In this document: in pieces, positions 1-12,250 of the stretch
Position numbering within the stretch: the first letter of the stretch is position 1
Layout: each line of letters begins with the position of its first letter
Assembly (NCBI RefSeq): GCF_001194135.2
Contig: NC_068983.1
Span: forward strand, 3,444,976 to 3,501,556
Origin: Octopus bimaculoides
Taxonomy: Eukaryota
Length of the DNA: 56,581 nt
Reading direction: 5' to 3'
Notes under the pieces: model-generated
What the model was told of the DNA's origin: nothing
The model's database searches: none
What the model saw: the letters and a program-made list of their open reading frames with translations, nothing else
Made by a program: the position numbers and the translations under genes

Positions 1-305
1 CTTGTCTGCGTTCATGCGGAACGGCATTAAGTGTTTTCGCCTCTGGCATTAGGAGCGGGAAGTCGGCCTCGTTGAAAACCTTAGCCATATTCGTTTTAAA
101 GAATATGGCTAGGAACGAGGAAGATATGTTTGAATTTTTGGAAATAAGGCTCTAAATAGAGCTATTTCCGATTTGAAAAATATATGTTCACGAAGTATTT
201 TGTGTTATACACAACTTATACAAAATTTTAAAACAAAATAGGTCTTTTAAGAGGTGAAAAATGCAACTTACATGGGAGCCGATGTGTCTACCGTCCGTCC
301 ATGAT

Positions 306-338
<33 letters not shown>

Positions 339-689
339 CGGGCTTCTTAGAGTCTCCGTCTAGCAAATCCACACACAAGGCTATAGCAGAACACACTTAC
401 CCAAGGTGCTACACAGTGGGCCTGAGCCCGGAACCGTGTGGTTGGAAAACAAACTTCTTACCATACAACCGCGCCTACGCCTTCTTCATGGTTCGTTGTC
501 CAAATGCTCTGAGTTCAAATACAACCAGAATACATTTAATCTTGAATTCTTCAAAACCTGATAACATAAACTTCTTTGATATTTTATCGACAACGTCAAT
601 GATTCTAGATAATTATTTCAGGAAGAAAGAAATTGTTTTACGGTTTAGTCCGTAGTGGGTCTGTACCTATGGGGGGAGGTTTGTTATTT

Positions 690-1150
690 TATAGGTTCTT
701 TCACACTATTGAGGCCCATGTTCACTTTAAACGTCTGTCAGTCGGTATCTGCTGAGAATATATGGGCAGAGAAGCAATCCCGAAGGACTGATATTCCAGT
801 GAGGAAGGATTAGAGACAAGGGCTTGTACAGAACTGGGGTGGCACATAGCAACAGCGGCAATAAGTTAAACGATGGCTTTGAGATGGTCACAGTGTAGGT
901 CTTAAATAGCTGGTTCAGATGAAAAAGGGTTGCAGTAGAATCGACAGAAAAAGAGAAGTGGTATTGGCGTGAGAGGTTATATCACTGGTGAGTTACGGTC
1001 GGGACGTGGACGATCTAGTGTGTTGGTACTGGCAGTAGTGCTGTTCCAGATAAAGGAACAGTACTCCTTTAAGGATCTTAATCGGACCTAGGGACTGTTC
1101 TGTATTTCTCGACATATGAAACTATTAGTATCATTCTTTCTGTATAGCAT
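690..1150 (-). mobile_element. Highly degenerate CR1/Jockey-group LINE 3' fragment
   Basis: Minus strand LFFCRFYCNPFSSE...HPSSV resembles the post-RT C-terminus seen more clearly at 13745-14350. Confidence 0.4.
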
Positions 1151-1739
1151 TGGTTTTGATTTCTATGAACAAAGCGTTGTGGCCAGGACCAATCACTTTG
1201 TTTTCAGACATAATGTATCTTGGACTATACTGCTAACAGGTCCTTCTTTTATTAAGATAGTAAGGTCTCATTTGAAGCAGATTTGACTGTTGTCTTTAGC
1301 AAGCTTATCGATTGTCTAAATATACCCGTCCCTCCTCCATTACTCATAAATTGTTATTTATCAGTAATAATGTGATATTGGAAAATTTATTGATTTCAGA
1401 TGTTTTATCAATATCGGCTTTATGCAGAAAGACTACACACACACACACACACACACACACAACAGGCTTCTCTCAGTTTCCATCTTCCAAATTCACTCAC
1501 GAGGCTTTGTTTGACTCATAGCTATAGAAGACTCTTCCTCAAAGTGCCATACAGTGGGTCTGAACCCGAAATCATGGAGTTGGGAAGCAAACTTCTTACC
1601 CATATAGCCACCCCTTTACCTACAGATACACAAATACATACATACATACATGTATGTGTGTGTGTTATTTAATAGCAGTTTTGATTTGACTCAAACGTAA
1701 TTTCGTAGGTTCGTCAAACGAACTTATCTTGTCAACACC

Positions 1740-2200
1740 AGACTGACCAAAACTTGTTTCTGTTGGCACTGCTCTGGCCAATGCCTTGACTTCTACTATA
1801 AGATCTAGCTAACAAAATCTTGATCTTCGGCTTTAGCTCCACAGTAACCAAAGTCTGTTCTCCTGCCAGCGCCGGGCTAACGAAAGCCTTAAGACAGACG
1901 ATAGACTTCGATTCTGCAATAGCCCCGCTCTGGCCTAAATTTGTGTTCGTGTCCAGCATCGGTCTGACCAAAACCTTTTCCACTGTTAGCCTTAGGATGG
2001 ACAAAGCCTTGTTTCTATTGTAACCCTGGAATAACCAAATCTTTGCCTTTAGCTCCAGACAGAGCTGGCCATAGCTCACTCATCTAGTATTAATCCGGAT
2101 TAAACAAAGATTTGTCTACTACTTTTTTCCCAGCTGACCAAAACCTTTTCTCCTGTTAGCACCAGGCTGACCAACGCCTTGTCTTTAGCAGTGGACAAAC
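1740..2200. repeat. Degenerate ~33-bp minisatellite
   Basis: Recurrent CTGACCAAAACCTT/CTGGCC/TAACCAAA unit; 11-aa periodicity in translation. Confidence 0.6.
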
Positions 2201-2456
2201 CTAATCTTTGTACGATTATATANNNNNNNNNNNNNNNNNNNNNNNNNNNNNNNNNNNNNNNNNNNNNNNNNNNNNNNNNNNNNNNNNNNNNNNNNNNNAT
2301 TTAGCGAGAACTGGCGGTTATGAGCGGTAGTGGTATCAATTAGACCCAGAGGTTTCAGGTAATGCTGAGTAAGCGCTATGGATAGACAATAGCTAAGCTC
2401 CAGGTTCGGTGATTATGCGAATAAGGGGTCCAACGTAGGTCATATATCAGCGTGTG

Positions 2457-2570
2457 TATATAAGGATTTACTTTTCGTAATGAGATAAAAAAAAAAAACC
2501 CAAGGCTGTGTATATTGTTCTAAAATATACACACCCTTGGTTTTTTATCTCATTACGAAAAGTAAATCCT

Positions 2571-2576
<6 letters not shown>
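2457..2576. repeat. Near-perfect inverted repeat (foldback/MITE-like)
   Basis: Arms 2457-2516 and 2524-2576 differ mainly in A-run length; 7-nt loop. Confidence 0.85.
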
Positions 2577-2601
<25 letters not shown>

Positions 2602-3639
2602 ATACATTTGTATTTATGTATATATTTGTGTGTGCGCGCACTCTTGCATCATATATCCGAAATAAGTTTTCTTCCCCTAAGACATATATTCTAGGTAGCA
2701 AACTCAAAAGTCCACCCTCTTTAACACCACAATCTGGTCCTTGGGGACGTGTGACCCTGTTTGTCCTCCCTGTTGCCAGTATCGTATTCCAAACACTACA
2801 CCCGGTTCATACCCGACAGATATCGATCTACAGATATTCGGGTGAAATATTAAACATCAGTCTCACCTGTCTGAAGGTGCATCACCTGCAGAGATTACTG
2901 GTACTGGCAACTTCTCCTCCTCCCTCTCCAGCTTAGAAAAGTAAATATATATATACTCACCAGCACATGAAACCTGCTAGAAATAGCAACCAAATTCTCT
3001 TAAATCACACATTGCAAGGACACGTTGGACTACAAGATCCTAGATCTACGAAAATACGGCTTGGTTAGAGCTGCTATGTCTCCGATCATAGGTCTCTGTT
3101 CAACCACAGTTGACCTAGGGCTACACAAGATCAACAACAGTAACAACATACATAAACTTGTATATATAATATACACGTGCACAGACTCATTCTGACATAT
3201 ATATATACACATACACGCATACAAAATATACACACACATGCATTTACAGCAATACACTCACCTACAAGCACGCGTGTGTGTGCGTATAAAGTATATATAC
3301 AGACACAGGTATGTATATCAATGATGGGAATAAAGTTGGTCTGTCTTGACTCAGTGAATAATATTAATACAAAATAAAGAAAGGGGTCTTCGAAACAGGA
3401 AAGGGGTGGGTTCGGATAGGGTATCAAGATGAGAAAGGGCCGGGTAGGAAATGGGTGTAGCCACGTTGAAAAATGTCGTGGACAGAAGGGTTGTGTTGTC
3501 ACATGAAACGGGTTTCCGGGGCTGCCATGAACATGCATTATTAATATCGGGGGGGGGGGGAGACAATAGAAGACTATTTATCATATATTTACATATCTGG
3601 TGCGTATGGATGCACAGCTATGTATTCTTACACACACAC

Positions 3640-4050
3640 TCACACACACAAACACACACACACACACACAGTAGGTTATATATAAATTATGTAAATCGAT
3701 TTATGTGTGTTTCAAATGTGTGATATATATACGTGTGTGTGTGTGTGTGTGCGTGTGTGTATGCGTAGGTATCTATTTCCACGCAGACATGCACACACAG
3801 AATAGGTTCTATGTAAATTATGTAAATAGATTTATGTGTGTATGCATGTACATACGTGTTTCAAATGTGTTGTATACACGTATATATGTGCGTGTATGTG
3901 TATCCGCAAGTATCTACTTTCACACACACACAGAGCAGATTCTATGTAAATTATGTAAATATATTTATGCGTGTGTGTGTGTGTGCATGCACATACATGT
4001 GAGTTTCAAATGTGTGATATATACGTGTGTGTGTGTATTTATGCTTATTT
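3640..4050. repeat. Three degenerate tandem units built around TATGTAAATTATGTAAAT plus CA/TG microsatellites
   Basis: CACACAGxxAGGTTxTATxTAAATTATGTAAAT recurs at about 3665, 3795 and 3930. Confidence 0.7.
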
Positions 4051-4136
4051 ATAACAAAACCAATTCTACATTAATCTGGTGGGTCACACTATAGTTTTGT
4101 GGTTTTACTAATTTATCGTTATTAAAAAAGAAAATT

Positions 4137-4204
4137 GATTGTGACTTCGAAGTTCCGACCAGTTAAGCCATTGTCAGACTACCGAAACTTCGAAGTCATT
4201 GTCA
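4137..4204. ncRNA. Inverted pair of degenerate hammerhead-like motifs, same family as 18820-19010
   Basis: Minus strand: GTAGT CTGACAA T GGC-ttaactg-GTC GGAAC TTCGAA GTC ACAAT. Plus strand carries an intact right half, CGAAAC TTCGAA GTC. 13-bp inverted repeat at 4142-4154 / 4186-4198. Confidence 0.4.
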
Positions 4205-4230
4205 ATAATATTCTTGTTTAAGAATAATAC

Positions 4231-4428
4231 ACGCTGTGCAAAATGCTTAGCAGTATTTAATCCGTCTTCACGTTCCGAGTTCAAATTCCGCTGAGGTCGA
4301 CTTTGCCTTTCATCCTTTCGGGGTCGATAAAATAAGTACTAGTCGGATACTTGGATCGATGTAACCGACTTATCCCTCCTCCCCTCCCGCTGGAACTTGC
4401 TGGCTTTGTGCAAAAATTTGAAACGAAT
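4231..4428 (+). mobile_element. tRNA-derived SINE family A. Other copies: + 12253-12449, 15835-15965, 17985-18181, 19211-19409, 21005-21116, 25720-25860, 32315-32440, 51745-51935; - 15270-15441, 16497-16580, 16907-17025, 21718-21895, 42610-42715, 45835-46070
   Basis: Shared consensus TGGCAGAATCGTTAG (A box)...GAGTTCAAATTCCGCCGAGGTCGACTTTGCCTTTCATCCTTTCGGGGTCGATAAA. Confidence 0.85.
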
Positions 4429-5224
4429 GTGCTTATGATTTCTGGACAGTCATCATGTGTAGTTACCTCTTGTCTGGCGCGTCTTTCTGCAATCATGGAT
4501 GAAGCAAAGACCAAGGCCGGGGTTCTGGCATATGGTTAGGGCACATGTCGCCAGGGGTTCTTCGGTGTCTGCTACTGATTGGGACCACACAGCTGGTGCA
4601 AATTCAACATTCACATTCTACAAAGGGCTTTATGGTGGTGGTCATGAACGACGCTGGCATGGAAGAGATTCCGGTCTTCGACCAAAACAATCTGAGAAGA
4701 AGGTGAATGATGGATGCGTATGAAACAACTAAGAAGACTTTCCAACCTGGACCAACCTTCGTGAATTTCTGCAATGAACACGTGAAGAGGAAGGTTCTGG
4801 CCTCATACAATTCATCTGTAAAGTGGAGATGCTCGCGACACGCATGACTGACTGCGAATGAATCTGACCCCGAATATCAGACTGTCGGCAGGTCACAGAC
4901 GGAATTTACGGTGGGGTACTTTCCTTTGGTAACTCTGAATTTGACACGGGTATGTTGTAAAACGATTTTCAACAAGCTTTTTAGAAATATACCATATCTT
5001 ATTTCATGGCATTAGACCGCGTTTTTAGTAGTAGCAGTAGCAGTAGTAGTAGTGGTGGTCGTCGTCGTTGTTGTTGTCGTTTTTATTGTTTATTTGTAAT
5101 TTGGTTTTTCTCTCTCTCCTCACAAAAGACATTGGTATGTAATGGATTGTCAAAGAGGAGTGACAAGGAGACAGACCTTTCACAGTTAAATAAATGAGTT
5201 TGTGCTCACCAGACGATGATGATG

Positions 5225-5279
<55 letters not shown>

Positions 5280-5280
5280 G

Positions 5281-6159
5281 GAAGCTGACAAATACAAACA
5301 AGAAATCAATCTACCTAACAAATNNNNNNNNNNNNNNNNNNNNNNNNNNNNNNNNNNNNNNNNNNNNNNNNNNNNNNNNNNNNNNNNNNNNNNNNNNNNN
5401 NNNNNNNNNNNNNNNNNNNNNNNNNNNNNNNNNNNNNNNNNNNNNNNNNNNNNNNNNNNNNNNNNNNNNNNNNNNNNNNNNNNNNNNNNNNNNNNNNNNN
5501 NNNNNNNNNNNNNNNNNNNNNNNNNNNNNNNNNNNNNNNNNNNNNNNNNNNNNNNNNNNNNNNNNNNNNNNNNNNNNNNNNNNNNNNNNNNNNNNNNNNN
5601 NNNNNNNNNNNNNNNNNNNNNNNNNNNNNNNNNNNNNNNNNNNNNNNNNNNNNNNNNNNNNNNNNNNNNNNNNNNNNNNNNNNNNNNNNNNNNNNNNNNN
5701 NNNNNNNNNNNNNNNNNNNNNNNNNNNNNNNNNNNNNNNNNNNNNNNNNNNNNNNNNNNNNNNNNNNNNNNNNNNNNNNNNNNNNNNNNNNNNNNNNNNN
5801 NNNNNNNNNNNNNNNNNNNNNNNNNNNNNNNNNNNNNNNNNNNNNNNNNNNNNNNNNNNNNNNNNNNNNNNNNNNNNNNNNNNNNNNNNNNNNNNNNNNN
5901 NNNNNNNNNNNNNNNNNNNNNNNNNNNNNNNNNNNNNNNNNNNNNNNNNNNNNNNNNNNNNNNNNNNNNNNNNNNNNNNNAGGACTTACAAATATATATA
6001 ACATACAGAAAATTGCACTACTGGGTACTGCACACATTCTACGCAAAACACTTTCAATACAGTAAACATAAGAGCACCACAGCAAACCACAGCACATACC
6101 CAAGGCGCACAGAGCTGCGCTCGGTAGTGAAGTGAAAGCACGTTATAAAAATAAAACTA

Positions 6160-6162
<3 letters not shown>
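5281..6162 (+). mobile_element. 5'-truncated R4/Dong-like non-LTR retrotransposon (interior in N gap), flanked by (AAT)n
   Basis: 3' ORF end ...NIQKIALLGTAHILRKTLSIQ* and 3'UTR are near-identical to the 54069-54680 copy; (AAT)n at 5224-5279 and 6163-6202. Confidence 0.8.
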
Positions 6163-6205
<43 letters not shown>

Positions 6206-6587
6206 TATTTGACCCAGAAATAATATATCAAAGAAACATGATAGATATTCTTTTTAGAGTATAAAACTCTGAAAAATAAAGAGAGAAAAAAATCCAGCCC
6301 TTTTTTATCGTTAACATTTTTATTGTTTGCATACAAAGATGAACCTAACAAAATCACAACCGCCGTGCTGACTCTCAGGAATAAAATGGCTTCTCGCTAA
6401 ACAATTTTCATTTGACGGTCAATTATGGATGATTTTTCTTCCAGAAGAATCCTAGTTCACTGAGTTTTATTCCATTATATTTTTCTCACGACTGTGGTTA
6501 CCGATTTCATAATGTAGCTTATAGGAGGAACGGAGGAGTGTGTTCTGCTGCCTTTGTTAATGATGCTGTGTTTGTGTGTATGTGCAT

Positions 6588-6979
6588 GCATGAGCGCATA
6601 CGATAAGAAGCTTGCTTCCCAACCACATGGTTCCCAGTTCAGTCCCACTGCGTGGCACCTTGGGCAAGTGTCTTCTACTATAGCCTCGGGCCGACCAAAG
6701 TCTTGTAACTAGATTCGGTAGACGGATACTGGAAGAAGTCCGTCGTGTATGTGTACGTGTTGTGTCTTTGTGTCTGTGTTTGTCCACCCGCCCTACAGCT
6801 TGACAATTGGTGTTTGTGTGTTACCGTCCTCGTTACTTAGCGGTTCGGCAAAAGTCACCGATGGAATAAGTACCAGAGTTTAAGAAATAAATACTGCGGT
6901 CGATTCATTCGACTAAAAATTCTTCAAGGTGGTGCCCCAGCATGGCCGCAGTTTAATGACTGAAACAGGTAAAAAAGAG

Positions 6980-6982
<3 letters not shown>
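6588..6982 (+). mobile_element. tRNA-derived CORE-like SINE family B (possibly octopus OR1/OR2). Other copies: + 7675-7790, 15465-15672, 18636-18800, 19045-19200, 31360-31462, 37745-37850, 47700-47945; - 338-480, 1463-1612, 7791-8150, 22112-22495, 41085-41240, 51295-51410
   Basis: Consensus TGTGTGGTAAGAAGCTTGC...GGTTCAGTCCCACTGCGTGGCACCTTGGGCAAGTGTCTT...CCAGCATGGCCGCAGT..TGACTGAAACAAGTAAAA. Confidence 0.85.
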
Positions 6983-7038
<56 letters not shown>

Positions 7039-8639
7039 ACATACACACACACACATACACGCGCGTATACATAAACCTGCATATATATATACGTACGTAA
7101 TTGCACATACGTATATACATGTGCATGGACGCGTGTATTCGCACATATATACGCATCTATAATATTGAATATATATATGTGTGTATATATATGTGTGTAT
7201 ATATACATACATACATACTTGTGAGGGTGAGAGAAATACCTCGATTGTTCCACTTGAATGATCTAAGCTAATGTTAATTAGAAACATTGCCTTTGGTTCC
7301 GTAAAATTTCAAGAGAAAATACATTTTATTGATTTCCCAGCAGCACTTGGCTTCAAGTTTTTGCTTCACTTCACAACTCACCTGGAGTGGGGGTGGGGAT
7401 AGCAATAGAGGGGGGGGGCGAACCTGTATGTGGCCGTTTTAACTACAACAAATAGCAGACACTCGTCACGTAAACCATACCCTGTCGTTTTAGGGAAGAA
7501 AACGATAGATTAGGTAATATAGTCCTGCATAACTAGTGACAGACAGGATGGGCATGGCTGGAATGCTTTTGATCATTGGTCTGCTAAATCAGGGCTGACC
7601 TTGGACTAAATGACAACAGTCGAATATTTAGGGGCCTTAATTTCGACACAACAGCGACATCTTTCAACAAGCTGACTGGATTGTGTGGTTAAAAAGTTCT
7701 CTTTGTTATGATTTAGTTTTAGGTTCGATTCTAATGCGTGGCACTTTGGGCCATTATTTCCTACTCTAGCCTTGGGTCAACCAAAGCATTCTATCTTTCA
7801 CTTGTTTCAGTCATTGGACTGCGGCCATACTGGGGCATCTCTTGAAGGGTTTCGGTCGAACAAATCCACCCTAGTGTGTATTTAAGTCTGGTGCTTATTC
7901 TATCGGTCCCTTTGCCGAACTGCTAAGTTGCAAAGATGTTAAGAAACCAGCACTGGTCGTCAAGCAGCTGTAGAGAACGCGCGTGCGCGCGACAAGTTTC
8001 TCCCAGTTTCCGTCAAATCCACTCAGAAAGCATTGGTCAACCCGGGGATTTAGTAGAATAGACTTGTTCAAAGTGCCGCGTTGTGGGACTGAACCTGGAA
8101 CCATTTGGTAACAAAGCGAGATTCTTAACCACTCAGCCATGTCTGCGCCTATTTCTGGCATTTCGTTGACAGAAATGGTATGGAAGCCAGTCAGAGGTAC
8201 TTTTATGACAGAATCAATCTTGGTTTAACATTTAACACTAACTCACGGCTACTCTTGGTTGCCTCAAGAACTTTGATCTGGGGTTACCTTCCTTTTACCT
8301 GTCTCATGAAAAAGAAAGGCACATTAGTATATACACCATGATTGGAAACAGATGGAATAGTCATGGCTGGAACGTCTTTCATCATAAATTATTTGATAAA
8401 TGAGGATTGACTTTGGACTAAGCAACTACCGCAATGTGACACATATTTTGGTTAAGAATAACACCAATAGGAATTTTGTAACCCAGGAGTTGATGACCAC
8501 ACCTTTGGACAGAAAGGTTAGCATTGCTCTGATGGAACCATTGGAGCTGTATTTGTATAAGCATCACGTGTTCGTAATGCGACCACGGACAGTACATAGA
8601 CAGACAGGCAGACAATTATCTATCAGTCTGTTTTCAGCC

Positions 8640-8925
8640 TGGCTGAGAATGAAAATAGTGGACGTCGGGTTGATTTTGACAAGCCCGCCAAAAGCAGGAC
8701 CTTTTTTTTTTCTATTGGGAATAGCAAACCTGTCTACAAATTCGAAAAGTTCTCCATGCAAGAGAGATTTCCTCTCTTTCTATCTTTTCTCTCCTCCACT
8801 CTTTCCTATAGAAGAGCTTGGGCCCGAAACGTCAAAGGCCTCTTCCATTTTTCCTGAGCGCCAAAACTAGTACGCCCTGTTTGTTATTCTCTCGCCTATA
8901 TCTGTCTTTTGCTTTTTTGTACAAA
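8640..8925 (+). mobile_element. Repeat with a hammerhead-like 3' half (GAAGAGC-ttgg-GCCCGAAACGTC), probable PLE terminal repeat
   Basis: GAAAC-GTC at 8826-8833 with a short helix II; the 5' CUGA box is degenerate. Confidence 0.3.
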
Positions 8926-8931
8926 TTTGAA

Positions 8932-8933
<2 letters not shown>

Positions 8934-9006
<73 letters not shown>
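8934..9006. repeat. (CA)n microsatellite; many others, e.g. (GT)n 36252-36338, (AT)n 29663-29739, (AG)n 9277-9328, (GATA)n 306-337, (T)n 34712-34745
   Basis: Direct inspection. Confidence 0.95.
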
Positions 9007-9007
<1 letters not shown>

Positions 9008-9271
9008 TAGACAGACAGAGTAGTTAGTACTCGCGAACAAACTATTCTATTGTTTCGTGATTAGTTTACACAAAGTGACACAATGGAAACGGTGTTGAGA
9101 GAATAGGAAGAGGTCAGTCTCTAGATTCTAAAAATATGTCCTAACTCAACTTTTGTACTGATTCTCTTCTACCTTTAAACCAAAAGTAAACATTGTTCTC
9201 AGCGATAGAATTAGATAAGTAATTCCTTAATTCCTGTCCACTTGAAATAATCTTGTGTGTTGGGAGTTAAA

Positions 9272-9330
<59 letters not shown>

Positions 9331-10329
9331 CATTGTAAAGCGACGGAGACAGTTGTATAAAAAGAAAACCTGCATTCCATTAATGTCATCGTCTTTCATG
9401 AGCTTTTGTGCAAAGCTTCTCTCCGTATTGCAAAGGGTGGGGACAGATAATCCGGCTACCCTGAGTGGTGATATTGGAGGCGGCGAGCTAGGTGTGCACC
9501 TTGATTGAAACGGCCTATAATTAAAAGCTTTCCAGCCGTGACCACCCAGGCTTTACTGGAGTGTCTATGACTACATTATCTAATGTCTGGTCCTCGATCT
9601 TTAAAGGAGTAAGATGTAATCTGAGGGAAGATCTGGCTGCTATTTCTAACAAGTCGTGAAACTATAGAAAGGCGTCATCGTCGTCCGTAGGCCATTTCTT
9701 GTTTCGTGCAGCGCGCGTGTGTATGTGTATAAATGTTTGTCTGTTGTCGATGTATGCGTCTCAATTGTCTGCGATCACGTTTGTGGATTTTGAGTAAATA
9801 GTGTATAATTTTTAATTAGATATATTCAGTTTTGCAAACGACTTCAGAATCTATTAACCAGCTTAATGTTGAACCGATCGTATTCATTAATGTGTTTGAT
9901 TAGTTTTAGAAATGAGCGTAACACATTTCTTTTGCTGCTATTTATTGTATTTTATACATACATAAATGTTTGCATGCTTATATGGCATGGTGCACAAATA
10001 TATAGAAACACGCCCCCCACCCAAGTATATGTTTGAGTATATTTTAAAGTTTACAATTGTATATACATGTGTGTGTTTATACAGTTATATACGGATATAC
10101 GTTCCAGCAACAAATCAAAAAAATATCATTTTTGTTGCCTTTAACGTATCAAATTATTGGCCGCGTTTATATTCGAACTCTTCACACATTGTTTTACATC
10201 CTTCTATACGCTGGATAAACAAATTTCACGAAGCGGGGATAGACACAACTGTTCCACACGACGTGCCTCAAATTACTCCTCTAAACACGATACTCCAATA
10301 AATACAAACTCTCAACGACTCCTACAACT

Positions 10330-10650
10330 CTTCCCTCTCAACCAATACGCTACTCTTTATAAGAGTTCGGCTAGTCCATTCTTCCAATCCCACAGGGGTG
10401 TCAATGACTCTCACCACAACACACTGATTAGTCCAAAAAATACTTAAACTATCAAAAACTTGCATCGATTGAATTAGCAGTCAGCAATAGGCATCAGATC
10501 TTCTAAAAATTCATCTTGAGTAAATTGCAATCTATGTTGGACGGAAAATCTTTATATACTCTGCTTCAATAAGTCGGAAATAAGTAAGGGATTATCTAGG
10601 AATCCTTTCTTCGGCCATGTGTTGTTGGGAAGATTTTATCCTTTATTCTC
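10330..10650 (+). mobile_element. Degenerate Penelope-like GIY-YIG endonuclease C-terminal fragment
   Basis: Frame reading VNCNLCWTENLYILCFNKSEI resembles the C-x-LC-x-TEK...NK-x-SE tail of Penelope/Neptune ORFs. Confidence 0.45.
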
Positions 10651-11183
10651 TAAATGTTATCAAACCCAAACAAACTGGGCTTATAAAAGTGTTGAGGGTT
10701 GAATTGTTTGGCTCAAGTTAGACTGTCTCAATAATTTCGCATCCTACCAAGAGGAGCTGATCTGATTAATTGTTATTAGTTAATACGTTTAATGCTGTGA
10801 ACCTTAAATGAGTGAGCTAGAAATAGATAATTCATTTAAATAATTATGTGGTGGAACAATTAGAAATTTTTACTTAGAAATAATTATGAGGTGGAGAAGA
10901 GAAAACATTAGTTATTGATTAATGTTGAATCTTTTGGCATCAAAAAAGGAAGAGAACTCCATGCATATTTCGAGATTGTTAGATCTCCTTAGTGACAGTG
11001 TAGGCTTCGCTGTATTTGCTGAAGTTGTAACGATAGAGTCACTAAGTAAATGTACAAAATGATACATTTGTTGATGTAGAAAAGCAGAAACATATTCGGA
11101 GAATAAATTATTTTTAGATGTCCTCTGCAAGAAAACAGTAGCTGAATCAGTGATATTTACTGGTGTGAATAGAAATACAATTA

Positions 11184-11548
11184 TTATTACCTCCTCCTTA
11201 GCGAAGGAGGAGGTATTGTTTTCAGTCGTGTTTGTTTGTCTGTGGACAAGATATCTCAAGAACCGCTGGATGGATTCGGTTGAAACTTTCAGGAATGTTT
11301 GGCCTCGTGACTAGGACGAACTAATTAGATTTTGGGATCGATCCGGTACTTGACAAGGATTCTTGATTATTTTCCCAGTTTTTTAACTTAATTTTTGAGA
11401 GTGGTTGAGTTCATTTTTAGTATTCTCGTTTGTGAGAGCAGTCGAGTTTATTTCAGATATTCTCATTTTAAAAATCATCTCCGGCTAATCGTTCAGATGA
11501 CATTGGTGTTGCCTTGGCGGAGGTTTGCGCTCTCTGAATGCTCTTGTT
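11184..11548 (+). mobile_element. Helentron-associated non-autonomous element (HINE/DINE-1-like)
   Basis: 5' TTATTACCTCC with a 12-bp hairpin (11188-11215), gtttgtttgtct microsatellite, GATATCTCAAGAACC motif, 3' CCTTGGCGGAGGTTTGCGCTCTCTGAATGC...GTT. Confidence 0.6.
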
Positions 11549-11559
11549 GTTTTACTTCT

Positions 11560-12250
11560 CAGAGCGCTCGGTCTTGTTTGCGCTGGTTGATTCTGTGAGA
11601 GCAGACAGCAGTCCGTTGTCAGAAGTTTCACAGGATCTCTTTCCGTACATTATAAGCTTTGATAATTGGTTGTTAATTATCATGGGAGACATTCAACACC
11701 CAAATACCAATCTCAAAATCCTAGCTGTCCCCAGCAGAGCAGCTTTTGGGAGCTTGCTCTGCTCTCATGCCACTTCCCATTTCTCTGAGATATTTCTCGA
11801 ACTTGCCTGCTAGTGCTTCGAGTACCCCTACTAGAATGACAGACACACTCCACATAGTCCACTTTCTTGCAGTTTCGTCTTTTAGTAGTTTGTACGTTTC
11901 CATCTTTTCTACCTTTGTCATTTACGCGTGCATCTTCAGGTATTGCAATACCTATAATCTTGGTTTCCTTTTTTCTTTTATCTACCACAACAATATCTGG
12001 TCTCGGAGCCTCAACTTGGGAGTCACATTGCATTGTAAAATCCCACAGTATCTTATGTTCCTTGTTCTCAGTGACTGCTTCTGTTTCAAGTTCTTACCAT
12101 TTCCGTGCTCTGTTCAGGCCGTAATTTCACGTAGCCTCCAGTGGACGAACTTAGCCATATTATCGTGCCTCCTTTTGTAGTGCTTTTGGGCCAGCTTGCT
12201 ACACTCACTCACAATATGTGAGATATGTTTCGTTCTTGCTGTCACAAATC
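11560..12250 (-). mobile_element. R4/Dong-like LINE 3' fragment (CCHC + REL endonuclease), frameshifted
   Basis: Minus strand: ET..HIVSECSKLAQKHYKRRHD, KILWDF..CD...RPDIVVVDK..IAIPED, ..LGTARIL. Confidence 0.85.

Noticed and set aside
5194-6135. Long ORF-track entries containing X runs (also 20140-21137 and 24127-24853)
   Set aside because: They are open only because they cross N gaps
6913-7287. ORFs rich in YIYI, HTHT, CVCV, poly-N/I/L/Y/T/H throughout the window
   Set aside because: Translations of di- and trinucleotide microsatellites
8400-8870. 156-aa ORF
   Set aside because: No recognisable motif; it runs across a repeat boundary at about 8640 and has no supporting splice structure
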